Numbered from the stretch's first letter, positions 25,373 to 38,604 are shown. The stretch is 64,000 nucleotides of DNA from Octopus vulgaris (GCA_951406725.2 OX597816.1:23374001-23438000); one strand, 5' to 3'. A program made the numbers and translations. Notes: a model not told the origin generated them from the sequence alone.

Positions 25373-25715
25373 AGTGAAGGCGCATGGCTCAGTGGTTAGA
25401 GCGTCGAGCTTACGATCGTGAGGTTGTGAGCTCGAATCCCGGACCGGGCTGGGTGTTGTGTTCTTGAGCAAGGCACTTTATTTCACGTTGCTCCAGTTCA
25501 CTCAGCTGTAGAAATGAGTTGCGACGTCACTGGTGCCAAGCTGTATCGACCTTTGTCTTTCCCTTGGATAACACTGGTGGCGTGGAGAGGGGAGGCTGCT
25601 ATGCATGGGCGACTGCTGGTCTTCCATAAACAACCGTGCCCGGACTTGTGTCTAGGAGGGTAACTTTCTAGGTGCAATCCCATGGTCATTCATGACCGAA
25701 GGGGGTCTTTACCCT
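25373..25715 (+). mobile_element. SINE family C (CORE-like) within (TA)n
   Basis: A box TGGCTCAGTGG, B-box-like GCTCGAATCC, CORE-like GTGTTCTTGAGCAAGGCACTTTATTTCACGTTGCTCCAGTTCACTCAGCTGTAGAAATGAG. Confidence 0.85.
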
Positions 25716-25720
25716 TATAC

Positions 25721-25751
<31 letters not shown>

Positions 25752-25776
25752 CACATATATATATATATACATATAC

Positions 25777-25815
<39 letters not shown>

Positions 25816-26332
25816 AGATTCAATTACGAATCAGTCATGCAGAATTCAAAATATGTGCATTACTACGGGTGACTTGTTTACGTGTGAGTTTTAAAGACAC
25901 TTGTACAAGCTTCTTTATCTTTCGAATTGGATACACTTACATAGAAATTAAAATACGAGAAAGAAAAGAAATCGGTCTACCTAAAGCACGTTTTCACTTA
26001 CATCGATTTTCAAAGATTTATTGCAAGTTTAAAATTCGCAATTCACATATAAGATAGGTACAATGATAATGCATTTATCATCTTCAGCGACCAGTCAATT
26101 GTATGGCGCAATAACTTTGAATCTTCTTGGCGTCCGTTTGTCTCGCTAGTCTAGGTTTTAATAAAATTTCAGACACAAAGAAGAGGCGTATACTAGTTTT
26201 GAAAAAAAAAAATGATCAACAGAAAACTAGTGAACCGGAAACATGGTTACATTTACACTTTTATATTGTGTTGCTTCAGTTTTGTTCTGTATATTTGTAA
26301 GTGAACGTATATATATACATGCATACATAAAT

Positions 26333-26409
<77 letters not shown>

Positions 26410-26541
26410 ACACACATACATACGTACACATGCATATATGTACAAATATTTACATATGAAAACACAGTTACATACAAATATATGTGTGTGTATGTATATA
26501 TATTTATATATATATATATGCATACACACACTCATATATAA

Positions 26542-26595
<54 letters not shown>

Positions 26596-28367
26596 GTAGA
26601 GTTTAAGTATTTCACTTAAATTTAGACATCATGGCCAAGGACAACCCTGGGAAAAATCATTTGTTTATATGCACATGTGGATGTGTGCGTATATATGCAT
26701 GTTTACATTGTATATGACTGTGCATGCGTGAGTATGTGTACAGAAACGAAAGCATCCATTTCCAAGAAGGTTTATCTTAATAATTTTGATGCGACTCTGC
26801 CCTGCACTGTTCTCTCTCTCTCCCCCTTTCGTTTTGTCTCTCCTTCTTTCTCTAATTCCTTTCTTCTCCCCTCCTCCCCCTTTCTTTTTCTCTCTCATCC
26901 TTTCTCTAATTCTTTTTTCTTCACTTCACCGTTTTCTGTCTGTCTCTCTCTCTCTCACTCTTTCTCTTTTACCTCCTCTCGTTGCACACACGTGACCACC
27001 GCCCATCTTTCTTTTCCTCACTAGTTCATCTTTCTTTTCCTTCAGACTGTCGTACAGACCAGACGCATTCTTATCTGTCTCCTATTCTATCTTTTCTCTG
27101 TTTACATTGCATTAGTAAAATGTAAAAAAAGTAAATGTCATGATAACCTGGAACACTTATTATATATATATATGTGTGTTTATGTGTTTGTGTGTGTGTG
27201 TGTGTTTATGAATTCATACATACATACATAGGACGGTACGGTATGGTATGAACATATATATATATACAAATATAAGAGAGTGTCCACTATGTGGACGCTC
27301 TTGCGCTAAAAATAGATCCGCAATGGTCTCAACCACCAAGAATTGTTCTCAAGGAAAATTAGCACAACTATGAACGTATATTTTTGATATATATATATAT
27401 ATGTGTGTGTGTGTCTCTGTTGATGTTTATATTTGTATGTATGTAAAGTAAATCTAAACTTACTATTTATTCTAACAGTTTTTAATGCGCCAAAAACAAG
27501 GAGACCCCAGTTGGCATGTGATGTCATCTCAAGTCATTGACACAAATGCATTTATTCATACGCACACACACGCAAGCACATAACATATACATACAAATAT
27601 ATTCTTTATGCATAAAAGCACACATACAATATATTCTATATGCATACAAGTATACATACAATCACACACGAACGAACAAATATACGCACATATCTATATA
27701 TATATACACATGTATGCAGACAAACAAACACATACGGAGAAGGTTTGGCGATGTCCACAAACTGAATAATCCTTTATACAATCGACACGGGGCCTCAATG
27801 TATTTCGAAGGGTCAGACTAGTCGATTACACCAACTCCAGTCCTTAATTGGCTCCTATTTTTTCTGCTCTGACGGAATGAAAGTCAAAGTCGACGCTGGT
27901 GAATTTGAATTCAGGACGTAAAGACGGAACAGACGCCATGTTTAAATATAATGCATTCAAACATTATAAAATATAAATGAAAATAAACTACTCGATATAT
28001 TTTTCAAGTTAAGGCTAATAATTAGCAGCGTAGCTTCCATGTACTTCATCGAGACTTATGGATGAGGAAATGTGCACTATTATATGTATCTTTTGAAATG
28101 TAAATGTGAAGAAAAACGGTATTGAAAAGATAACTGCAAAACTATGAATACATTAAAAGTATGTGAAGGCAGAAGTAAAGAAGTTATTCAATAAAATATG
28201 GAACACAGAAACGATGAAGATTATATTTTAGCATCAATTTTATTTTTATAGAACGTAGCTAATTAAACGTATAGCGAGTGATGTAACTTAAATTAACTAT
28301 TTCCTTTTAACGTCGGGAAAATGGTTGCTTACCAATTCAAATAGCAATGTTTGAATAAGTGTGAATT

Positions 28368-28403
<36 letters not shown>

Positions 28404-28407
<4 letters not shown>

Positions 28408-28484
28408 GTATTCGAACATACATATACACAACCTTACATTATATATATATCTATATATATTCGCACATACATATACATATCCTT

Positions 28485-28552
<68 letters not shown>

Positions 28553-28674
28553 TGTATTCGAACATACATATACATATCCTTACTGATATATATATATATA
28601 TATATATACATCTATATCTATATATATATATATATATATATAGATGTATTCGAATATACATATACACATCCTTA

Positions 28675-28718
<44 letters not shown>

Positions 28719-28843
28719 TGTATTCGAACATACATATACATATCCTTACTGATATATATATATATATATATATATACATCTATATCTATATATATATATA
28801 TATATATATAGATGTATTCGAATATACATATACACATCCTTAC

Positions 28844-28845
<2 letters not shown>
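28404..28845. repeat. Composite tandem repeat: ~34-bp unit separated by variable (TA)n
   Basis: ATGTATTCGAA(C/T)ATACATATACA(T/C)ATCCTTAC recurs about 6 times. Confidence 0.85.
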
Positions 28846-28891
<46 letters not shown>

Positions 28892-29099
28892 TACATATGA
28901 CATGCAAAGATTACATGAAATTATTAACAGCGGGAAGTTTAATTTACACCTATATTCAGAAAAGACGTTTAATTTGATATACATTTATAAATAAATGAAT
29001 GAGCTGGAAGATTAATTCCTACCGAATGATAATTGAACAAGTTTACATTTGGATATTTAGTGGACATTTTAGAATGTTACTAAGAGAAATGGATTTTAG

Positions 29100-29390
29100 G
29101 TGTGAATGCGTGGAATAGTCGTTAAGGCGTTGCACTCACGAACTCCAGATCGCGGTTTCGATTCTCAGGTCGACGTTTTGTTGCGTGCTTGAACAAAGCA
29201 CTTTATTTCACATTATCCTAGTCAACGCAGAGGTTAATGGGTAATCCTGCGACGGACTGGCCTTCTTTTCAGGGGCAGTGTTGTCTTGCCTGCCTAGCCA
29301 GCGAAGTGCCGTCATTCGAAAGTTACAACAGTGCAGTCAAGTGCATTGTGATCAGGGGTGTATAATATCAACCGTGAGTTTGATCGATAC
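29100..29390 (+). mobile_element. Diverged SINE family C
   Basis: GTGAATGCGTGG head; CTTGAACAAAGCACTTTATTTCAC core; tail resembles 25127-25250. Confidence 0.6.
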
Positions 29391-29712
29391 AAGGATACAA
29401 TGAGAGTGATAATTTAGTAGGTAGGCGCTAAAATATGAACATATGTGTTTTAAACATAGAAATATATATCCGTCTACTAGACATCATATATTAATAAATT
29501 TCAAATAAACCATTATTTGCTATGCTCGTTATCGAGCTAGAGAAAATATTCTCTCATGGTTCAATGCCTAGGATTTTTCTCTGCTTTTCTCTTAAGTCCC
29601 ACTTTCCAATAATTTTTTCTTTCAGTTGTTTATGCTATTACTTTTCAATTAGTTCCATAGACTTAACGTTTTGCTTGTCCCGTATCTTTCACATATAACA
29701 CACGGAACATAT

Positions 29713-29894
29713 ATTTCGACTGCCGTTACGTTCTGAATTCAAATTCCGGGGAGGTCGACTTTGCCTTTCATCCTTTCGGGGCCGATAAATTAAGTACCAG
29801 TTACACAGTGGGAGTCGATGTAATCGATCTAATCCCTTTGTCTGTCCTTCTTTGTCCCCTTCTATGTTTAACCCCTTGTGGGCAATAAAGATAT
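29713..29894 (+). mobile_element. Headless SINE family B body with its own TSD
   Basis: Starts at (T)ATTTCG, the multimer junction; TSD TATAACACACGGAACATAT (29694-29712 / 29895-29913). Confidence 0.85.
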
Positions 29895-31579
29895 TATAAC
29901 ACACGGAACATATTCCTCTAACCGCCATGCATCATATATCATACAAATAACCTTTTTTTTTTCAACCGTTAATATGACTTGGAACTTATGAAAGGAAAGT
30001 CTCATACTAATCAGAACGTATAAAACAAGAGCTACAAAAAAGTCTGGAAACAAATATGGACGTTTAGGACAAACTGATGAAAATGCTTTGGGCTCATAAA
30101 GAGTTAATTTATTTTGCTTCATTTTTTTTTTTAAGGAGAGCTTTGTAATAAGAGAACAGTGCATAGAATATTATACCATTATTCTTCCTAATTTTGGCAG
30201 AATACCATCAATTTTGAATGGCCGGGAAAGTCGATTAAATCGCCCACCACCACCCCACCATCGCTATTGAATGTATGGAAAAGTCTATTTCAGCGGAATT
30301 TGAACCTACAACATAAATAGTGGTGGAGTATGAAGTTTTAAAATTAAGACAAACATTCTCACGAAAGTTTTCCTCTTCATAACAGTGATTACCTATATTT
30401 ATCTGCAATGCGGTGGATAGACAAATCGATCCGTCGGCAGACAAAATACTATGCGATATTTCGTTCGTCCAGTGTTCGAATCCCACCGGAGACAACTTTG
30501 CCTTTCATCTGTCTCTGTACGTAAAATAAAGTACTTAAGAATATTGATATAATCGTCGGCTCTTTCCTTCCGATATGTATTCTTTACTTTAGAAATCAAT
30601 ATTTATCTCATAGTGTCTATTTGCAACGAGAGTAACTTGTCCAAAATCACGATGACTAGCAATGCACAGTTAATTCTTCGGCTAGTCAACCGCTTCCCAA
30701 TCTGTTTGGTCATCTGTGGTTCCATTGCTTAGCCACAGAACATATAAAACTGTCAATATAATTTTCATCAAATTATATTCATTTAAGCGAGAAAAGAAGT
30801 TTACGTCTCTCCCATCTTGCGCTCTTCAAAAGTTCTAACAAGTTTTTAGTTTCAGTGAGTAATGCATTATGGATGTACATATAAATCATAGATTCAACAA
30901 GCATGAGAACAATGCTATATTGGGTTTTTAGCTAATGCCAAAATTCCATCCGAGGGGAATACAATAAAAGTTGATGGATGACCGGTAAAAAAAAAAAAAT
31001 TATTCCACTCCATATTTTCAGAGAAGACTCCTTTTAAAGTGTTCGCGTGAAATCTGTTCTTTTGTTTTGTTTGTTTTATAAAGGAAAACGTCATGCATTT
31101 AAGATTATCTAGGTTTAAAAGCAAATATAAGCAGACCATATATTAATGCAAGCCGCTCGCCAGTTTTTAAGCACAAGAGATTTAGTAAATATTCTTGCAG
31201 AAAAGAGAATATCATTTTTGCTGTCTACAATAAAAAGGCATTTCACACGTCTTTGATTCATGACAAGAAAGTAAATAATCTGAATTGTAAGTATTATATG
31301 AATATGTTTGATCACTAGACTATCAAAATTGATTTAAAACATATTTGTTCAAAAGGAAAATGCAACTGCTTTTTAATACTTAGCAAAAGAACTTAAGAAG
31401 CCTAGTAAAAGAATCTTTTTATCGTGGAAATATTAGAGTCGAGCTATTTTATATAATTTTCTTTTGCAATGCTTCCCTTCCTATTACAATCAAGTTAGTC
31501 CTTAATTCGATATCGGCTGAATGCCAAAAGATTATTGGATTTTCTCATTTCTTATATAAGGCATAATGTATCAAATATA

Positions 31580-31936
31580 TGATGGGGTGCTGAAAACTTC
31601 CTGGGTTTGGGTAAAGTCAGGGACTCTAGAGAACAATATAAAATACAACTTTTCCGAGCTGTAGTACAATGATTATTCGTAGTACTGATATCTGTAGGTA
31701 ATTAAAAGAAAATACAGGAGGATCAGCTCTTTTACTCTTTTATTTGTTTTAGTCATTTGACTGTGGCCATGATGGAGCACCGCCTTTAGTCGAGCAAATC
31801 GACCCCAGGACTTATTCTTTGTAAGCCTGGTACTTATTCTATCGGTCTCTTTTGCCGAACTGCTAAGTTACGGGGACGTAAACACACCAGCATCGGTTGT
31901 CAAGCGACGTTGGGGGACAAATACAGACACACAAAT

Positions 31937-32017
<81 letters not shown>

Positions 32018-32346
32018 CATATATACGACGGGCTTCTTTCAGTTTCTGTCTACCAAATAGACTCACAAGGCTTTGGTCGGCCCGAAGCTATAGCAGAAGA
32101 CACTTGCCCAAGGTACCACGCAGCGGGACTGAACCCGGAACCATGTGGTTGGTAAGCAAGCTACTTACCATACAGCCGCTTCTGCTAATTATGATTTCAT
32201 TCAACATGTCTCCCCTCTTAGATTCATACACTTATTGCGGCAGTCTTTTAGTTTTTTAAGCCCTGTAAAAGAACTCGGAATGTTGGGCCTCCATCCAGGC
32301 CTTTCCCGATACCCTTAAGGTCAGGAACTTTTCAGCACCCTCTTGT
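31580..32346. mobile_element. Mariner-derived MITE interrupted by a SINE A copy (31727-32183, minus)
   Basis: TIR-like GGGGTGCTGAAAACTTCCTG / CAGGAACTTTTCAGCACCC; full family A copy inside. Confidence 0.7.
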
Positions 32347-32486
32347 ATGTGGAATAAAAGCAAAATCAGACGTTCGTACATTTCAGCAGAGCTGTTAGCA
32401 CGCTGGGCGAAACACTAAGCCGCATTTCATCCGTCTTAATGCTCTCAGTTAAAATTTTGAAAGGGTCCACTTAACCTTTCGTTTTT

Positions 32487-32919
32487 GGATCTTTTCGGTT
32501 TGAACGGCAGTTTTTCAAAATGATTTCCACGTAACTAAACACTTTTAAACTTCGTATACTGGTAGAATATGTTTATAACACATCTTTTTCTCTTGGCTTT
32601 ATTGAGAAAATGCTATAGTTTGTAAGATATTTGTTGCTTTTCTTTCTTCAATTTCTGCAATTTCAACCAATCAATGATGTCTATTGAGGTGAAAACATTC
32701 TGTGCCGTATGGATATGTCCCTCGTCTAAGAAACAGATTGGATTTATTTACATTTCTGAAGAATAAAAGATACCCTTCCCCCACCCCTAACCCAAACCCT
32801 AACTAACCCTAACCCTAAAACAGATTGAAATGCAATAGATCGATACTAGGGTCATAATTATGGGTGACAATTTCATATGACACCGCTAGAAAAAACTGCC
32901 GTTCAAACCGAAAAGATCC
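32487..32919. mobile_element. MITE, second copy of the TTAGGG-carrying family
   Basis: Same TIR; perfect 8-bp TSD TCGTTTTT; CCCTAA tract ~32785-32817; inserted in an old SINE B. Confidence 0.92.
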
Positions 32920-33611
32920 TCGTTTTTCAATAAGTAGCAATTCAATAAGTTGCATTCAAATACTGGTGTCGATGTAATCGACTTCCCCCTCCTTCCAAAG
33001 CAAAAGAAAAAAATGTGCCAAAATTTGAAGCCATTATCAGTATCGTGCATATTCGTTTATTTTATTTTTTTGTCACCAACACGAAGGCAATACCAGGGCC
33101 ACTGAATCTGTTGGGAAAAGGGACGAAGATATCTTCAAACTAAACTTGAGACCCAACTCGTGTGCTTGCAGCAGAGTGAATTGCGCTAACGAAACCCAAG
33201 CTGCCAGAGCCGGGTGCTGGTGTTAAACTTTGCGACTGAATTGATCTAATACTAATCAAGTATTCCACACAGGGATTTGAACCCGAAACGCGAGTATCTC
33301 TAATAAATATTACAATTCATCCGGGGCCACATTCTTGCAGTTTTGGCATCTCAGTGCTCTTGGAACTTTTTTAATGACACTGAAAAGATGAAAGTTATGG
33401 TTGAGCGCAGTGCGGTTTGATCTCAGGTCGCAGTATGTCAAAATATAGACTAAAAATACGCATCCAGCGGACACGCTAAAAACTGTCAATTCGTCGCCGT
33501 TTATTGGTAATCTAACATTTATTTGTATCCTAAATTAAACATGCAATTAGAAATTGAAACTGGATCGAGAGCGCTACTCACCTTGCACAGTGTTTCATAC
33601 AAACGAGTTAC

Positions 33612-34075
33612 ATCCTTTTCTATTCTAGGCACAAGACCTAAAAATTTTGGAGGAGTGGGCTAGTCGATTAGATCGACTCCAGTATGCAACTGGTACTTAA
33701 TCTATCAAGGGCAGCGAGCTGGCAGAAACGTTAGCACGCCGGGCAAAATACTTAGCGGTATTACGCCTGTCGTTACGTTCTGGGTTCAAATTCCGCCGAG
33801 GTCAACTTTGCCTTTCATCCTTTCGGGGTCGATAAATTAAGTACCAGTTACGCACTGGGGTTGATATAATCGACTTAATCCGTCTGTCTGTCCTTGTTTG
33901 TCTCCTCTGTGTTTAACCCCTTGTGGGTAGTAAAGAAATAGGTACTTAATCTATCAACTCCGAAAGGATGAAAGGCAAAGTTGACCTCGGCGGAATTTGA
34001 AATCAGAACGTAACGACAGACACAATACCAGTTTCTTTATTACCCACAGAGGTCTACACAAATAATGGGACAAAA
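33612..34075. mobile_element. Young SINE B (+, 33709-33940) nested in an older minus-strand SINE B
   Basis: TSD GGTACTTAATCTATCAA at 33692-33708 and 33941-33957. Confidence 0.85.
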
Positions 34076-35277
34076 CAACTGATTGGGGTCAGTAACACGT
34101 TATTATATTACATAAATATGAATCTAAAAATTATATAAAATATATAAGAATCGAATGAAATACACAATAGAAATATGACACAAATGTAGCGATGATCAGA
34201 CCACGCTCCGACCCCATAAACCCCGATCTATCGCTGGTAATTCTTTCATCTTCGTTTTTCTTCTATAGCCTATTCACATGGTTCCTTACACGCACAGCAA
34301 TCGTGCAACAGGCTTCCATCTTTTTTTGCACACACTCTCTGACAGGCATCTCTTCTCCAGCTTTACTTTCCTTTTCATGTTATACATATATATCATGAAC
34401 ATTCGTGGAGAAAATCACATTTTTAATTGATGTCTACACCATCCATTACTGGCAATCGTTTCTGTTGTGCCAGCATATTTCAATGTAGAGGAAAAGGTAA
34501 AAAATACAAAACTATTTTGCTAACAAAAAATGGGTACTAAAAATTTTACCTAACACAATGTTATCAAGGTAATCCAAAACAAGCCGAATTCAAAGTGAAC
34601 TGTGATAATATCTGTAATACATGAATGCATGTAAAAAGAACATTACGAGCGAATAGAATATTCGAAGAAAATTCAGTTTAGTATTTAAACTTATGATGAC
34701 GTCAGATGGTTACGAAAATATTAAAAAATATACAGTCGTGACGTAGAATTTCAATGTCTATTTTTTTATTCTTTCGTTACCTGCTGACGTCATCTCATGT
34801 TTAAACATTAAACTGGCTTAGAATATAGTATTTCTTCTTAACGTTCTTTTCGCATGCGTTCATGCATTTTAGATACTATCTCACTTCGCTTCGAATTCAG
34901 CCTGTTTTGGGTTACATTAATAACATTGTGTTAGTATTAAAGTTTCGTATATACTGTCTACTTTGGTATTTAGTACTTTTTTTCCATATCTAAATATATT
35001 CGTACAATACAAATGATCGCAGGCAACGAATGATGTAATTATCAATTAAAGATGTGATTTTCTCCATTCGTGTTCATGTTATTATATACTCCGGATTTCT
35101 TTAAATTCTTCTAAGCGCTATTTAAATAGTTATCATACATGAGGAATTATCTGGGATTATCCTGGATTTTATTTCAATTTATTAGTATCTGATTGTTTGA
35201 TATAGTTCACCAAATTCCCTTAATGCTGAGCGCTTTTAAGATATCAACCTGGACTTATTAATCCCCTTTACCTCTTC

Positions 35278-35347
<70 letters not shown>

Positions 35348-35439
35348 TATACATATATATATATACATATATATATATATACATATATATATATACATAT
35401 ATATACATATATATATGTATGTATGTATATATGTTTTAC

Positions 35440-35690
35440 TAATCATATCTGTCGGGTATGTGGAAGAGAGTGTAATTCTGTAGGAGGACTTAAACGACAT
35501 GCAAAGGTACATGAAGCCCAGTTACAACTATAGTCGGCTATTACCGGTAAAGGTTTTAGTTGCCAATTCTCTACAAGACATTGTAGATCTTTAGCTGGGC
35601 TAAAAAGTCACATTCGATCACAGCACCAGTAACAGTTAAGCTTTGTGCAATGGCCATTCCCGATAATGAGGGGGCAGCCATCATGTATGT
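35440..35690 (+). pseudogene. 3' end of an RTE-like LINE with two C2H2 zinc-finger motifs
   Basis: Hand translation from 35441: [62 protein letters not shown]; short 3' UTR and (TATG) tail; internal stop. Confidence 0.7.
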
Positions 35691-35697
35691 ATACACA

Positions 35698-36924
35698 CAC
35701 TCATGACAGAAGTAAATAGACAACCCATAAAACATAGTTTTATGTTTATTCAAACTTGTAAAGTTTTATATTTTTAATTAATGTTTCAGGTTCTATGACT
35801 GTTTAATCATGCCATACACAAAAGAAACCTTTGAAACTCTCTAAATTTCAAAGAGGCAGTATTGTGGGTCATTCTGAAGGTGGATATACCATGAAATTGC
35901 AGAAAACCTTGGGATCCCGCTTTCTATAGTTAATAAAATGATTGGGCAATTCACCAGAGAGGGAAAGGAGTCCACATAACTTCGCCCAGTTCAACCAAGT
36001 CTCTCTGACAGAACCTTCTCTTTGTTAAGGGAATTGTGGAGAATAATACTCGTTGAAAAGCCTCAGGCATAGAACAAGTTGATGTCATTCCCAGAACAGC
36101 TGTCAGGTATGTCCACAACCTTGCTTATTATGGCAGAGCAGCAAGAAGGAAGCCACTTCTTGTACGAGCCAACATCAAGCGAAAATAAGATCGGGTAAGT
36201 GAGATGGTGGAGAGATCATTAGCATTTTGGGACACTGTCCTATTCTCTGATGAGTCCAGATTTGCTGTATCTCCTGACAGTGATCGAGTGTAGGTCTGGA
36301 GACTCTGTAGTCAAGAATTTGATGTGAAAATATTGCAGCCAACAATGAAACATGGCAGCTATTCAGTAATGTCTGGGGGCAATTTGGAGCAATGTTTGAT
36401 CAGAGCTGGTGGAGTGTGATGGAGATATAAACTCAGATAAGTATGTGTTTATATTGCAGAAAATACTCCTTCCAATCTTCCCCAGTGGTAAAATGATTAA
36501 AGAAGACTCTTTATTTATGGAAGATGGGGCTCCTTGTCACTCGGCTAAAATGAGCCAAGATTTATTGGATGACAATGGCATTAAAAGGCTTCCATGGACA
36601 AGCCAGTCACCACATATGAAGCGTATTGAACAACTCTGGGACATAATGGACAGGGCACTTCATAAAAACAACAAGAAAGCATCTTCAACGCCAGATATTT
36701 TGAGATAACCGTATGAAACTTGGCAAGAAATTCCGCAAGAGAATATTCGTTTTCTGATCAGTAACACGCCTAATATAATCTTTGCATTAAAAAATGCAAA
36801 GGGCATGTCTACTAAATATTAAATATTCACATTATGATAATTAGTAAATAACTTGAATGTATAATTTCAGATTTAAATAAATTTTAATGGTTATAAGGGT
36901 GTCTATTTACTTCTCTCATGTCTG
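35698..36924 (+). mobile_element. Tc1-family transposon, full length but decayed
   Basis: TIRs CA(CT/GA)CATGA(C/G)AGAAGTAAATAGACA; motifs WDTVLFSDESRF, FMEDGAPCH, WTSQSPHMKRIEQLW, terminal KGMSTKY*; frameshifts and stops. Confidence 0.92.
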
Positions 36925-36934
36925 TATATATGTG

Positions 36935-36983
<49 letters not shown>

Positions 36984-37034
36984 CTGGTGAATTGAAGAAA
37001 TGGAGCTGAACGAAGATTGAACAGAAATCGTTTT

Positions 37035-37125
37035 ATTTCATTCTACACGTGTTTCGAAAGGCACAATTTACCAAAATCCGATTGAATAATGAGACCATAT
37101 TGTGTCTTTCTCTTCAGGAAGAAAT
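37035..37125 (-). ncRNA. Type-I hammerhead ribozyme (minus copy)
   Basis: Reverse complement of 37853-37943. Confidence 0.85.
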
Positions 37126-37852
37126 AGGAAATCCGTTGGGAAAAAACAAAAACAGAACAGAGGCGGAGCAAAACAAATCGAACTAGGCTCCTAAGAGCCC
37201 ATGGTCAAACTGTTTATCAGTGTATGTTGAGAACGGGTGGTGGGTGCGTTGAAGATTTTAACGGGTCAGGCAACGGTCATTCCTGTGGGTGAGGGTGTGT
37301 AGATGTTCTTTGTGACCGAGAATAAAGTTCTGACTACTTAAAGAATATTGGATGTATTATATGGGGCGAGTAAAACATAAAACATAAATTATTTTTCTGC
37401 CGCCCGACGGTTTTTACTGCAGTGACCATGGTGTAGAGCTGTTTAACAACTGACAGCCGAGCGATCAAACGCACACACGTACACAAAAAATGTTTTCTAC
37501 CCCTTGACGGAGTTCTCAGCAGTGACCAGAAAATAGCGCTTCTTACCAACTGGCGCCAGCACACATATATAGAACAGTAAACACACACATGTCTCTAAGT
37601 AGATTTTCTCACCCCATATAATACATCCAATATTCTTTAAGTAGTCAGAACTTTATTCTCGGTCACAAAGAACATCTACACACCCACACCCACAGGAATG
37701 ACCGTTGCCTGACCCGTTAAAATCTTCAACGCACCCACCACCCGTTCTCAACATACACTGATAAACAGTTTGACCATGGGCTCTTAGGAGCCTAGTTCGA
37801 TTTGTTTTGCTCCGCCTCTGTTCTGTTTTTGTTTTTTCCCAACGGATCTTCT

Positions 37853-37943
37853 ATTTCTTCCTGAAGAGAAAGACACAATATGGTCTCATTATTCAATCGG
37901 ATTTTGGTAAATTGTGCCTTTCGAAACACGTGTAGAATGAAAT
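37853..37943 (+). ncRNA. Type-I hammerhead ribozyme
   Basis: ATTTCTTC-CTGAAGA-GAAAG.CACAAT...ATTGTG.CTTTC-GAAAC-ACGT-GTA-GAATGAAAT: intact core, long stem II, palindromic stem III ACACGTGT, GUA triplet, AATAAA immediately after. Confidence 0.87.
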
Positions 37944-38184
37944 AAAACGATTTCTGTTCAATCTTCGTTCAGCTCCATTTCTTCAATTCACCAGTAATAT
38001 TAAAATTCAATTATCCGCACCAACGCACGGTTGCAACACCATATGGTTGTACCTCCAACCGTGCTGTCTACTGCTGTGATTTTTGCTACCAAGGTATCGG
38101 TTAAACTTTTGATTAATCTGCTACAAGATTATTCATCTTTCTATTTCACATAAATTATATATATATATATATATATACATATAT

Positions 38185-38248
38185 AAGTAAACCGACACCC
38201 TTATAACCATTAAAATTTATTTAAATCTGAAATTATACATTCAAGTTA
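38185..38248 (-). repeat. Inverted copy of the neighbouring Tc1 right end (36849-36912)
   Basis: 64 bp, 62/64 identical to the reverse complement. Confidence 0.9.
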
Positions 38249-38604
38249 AGCTCCCCCCACAAAACAGCACCACGTGGTCTCTGTTGAGACTAGTAAGAAA
38301 CAATTATGAACTTTTTATTACATTTAACTTTTTAAAATATTTTTGATAAGATTCGTTTTTCCAAGAAGAACAGAAACATTTAAAATCTGTAAGAAAATTA
38401 GAATTTATCTTATATAATGGCGTTTTCAAACTTCTATTATATATATATATATATATATATATACATAACATAATATTATTTATATAATATTATGTTATGT
38501 AATGTTATATATTATATTCATAGTATTTAATGTAATATTGTAATAATATAAATAAAGTATTTGGTTGCCAATAGAATATCTCTATATTTACTTTATCTTT
38601 ATAA

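Larger units (their letters stand above)
36978..38155. mobile_element. Large fold-back hammerhead element: ~393-bp arms (36978-37370 / 37608-38000) plus ~155-bp tail
   Basis: Arms near-identical (a few mismatches); (TA)n on both sides; canonical hammerhead in each arm. Confidence 0.92.
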
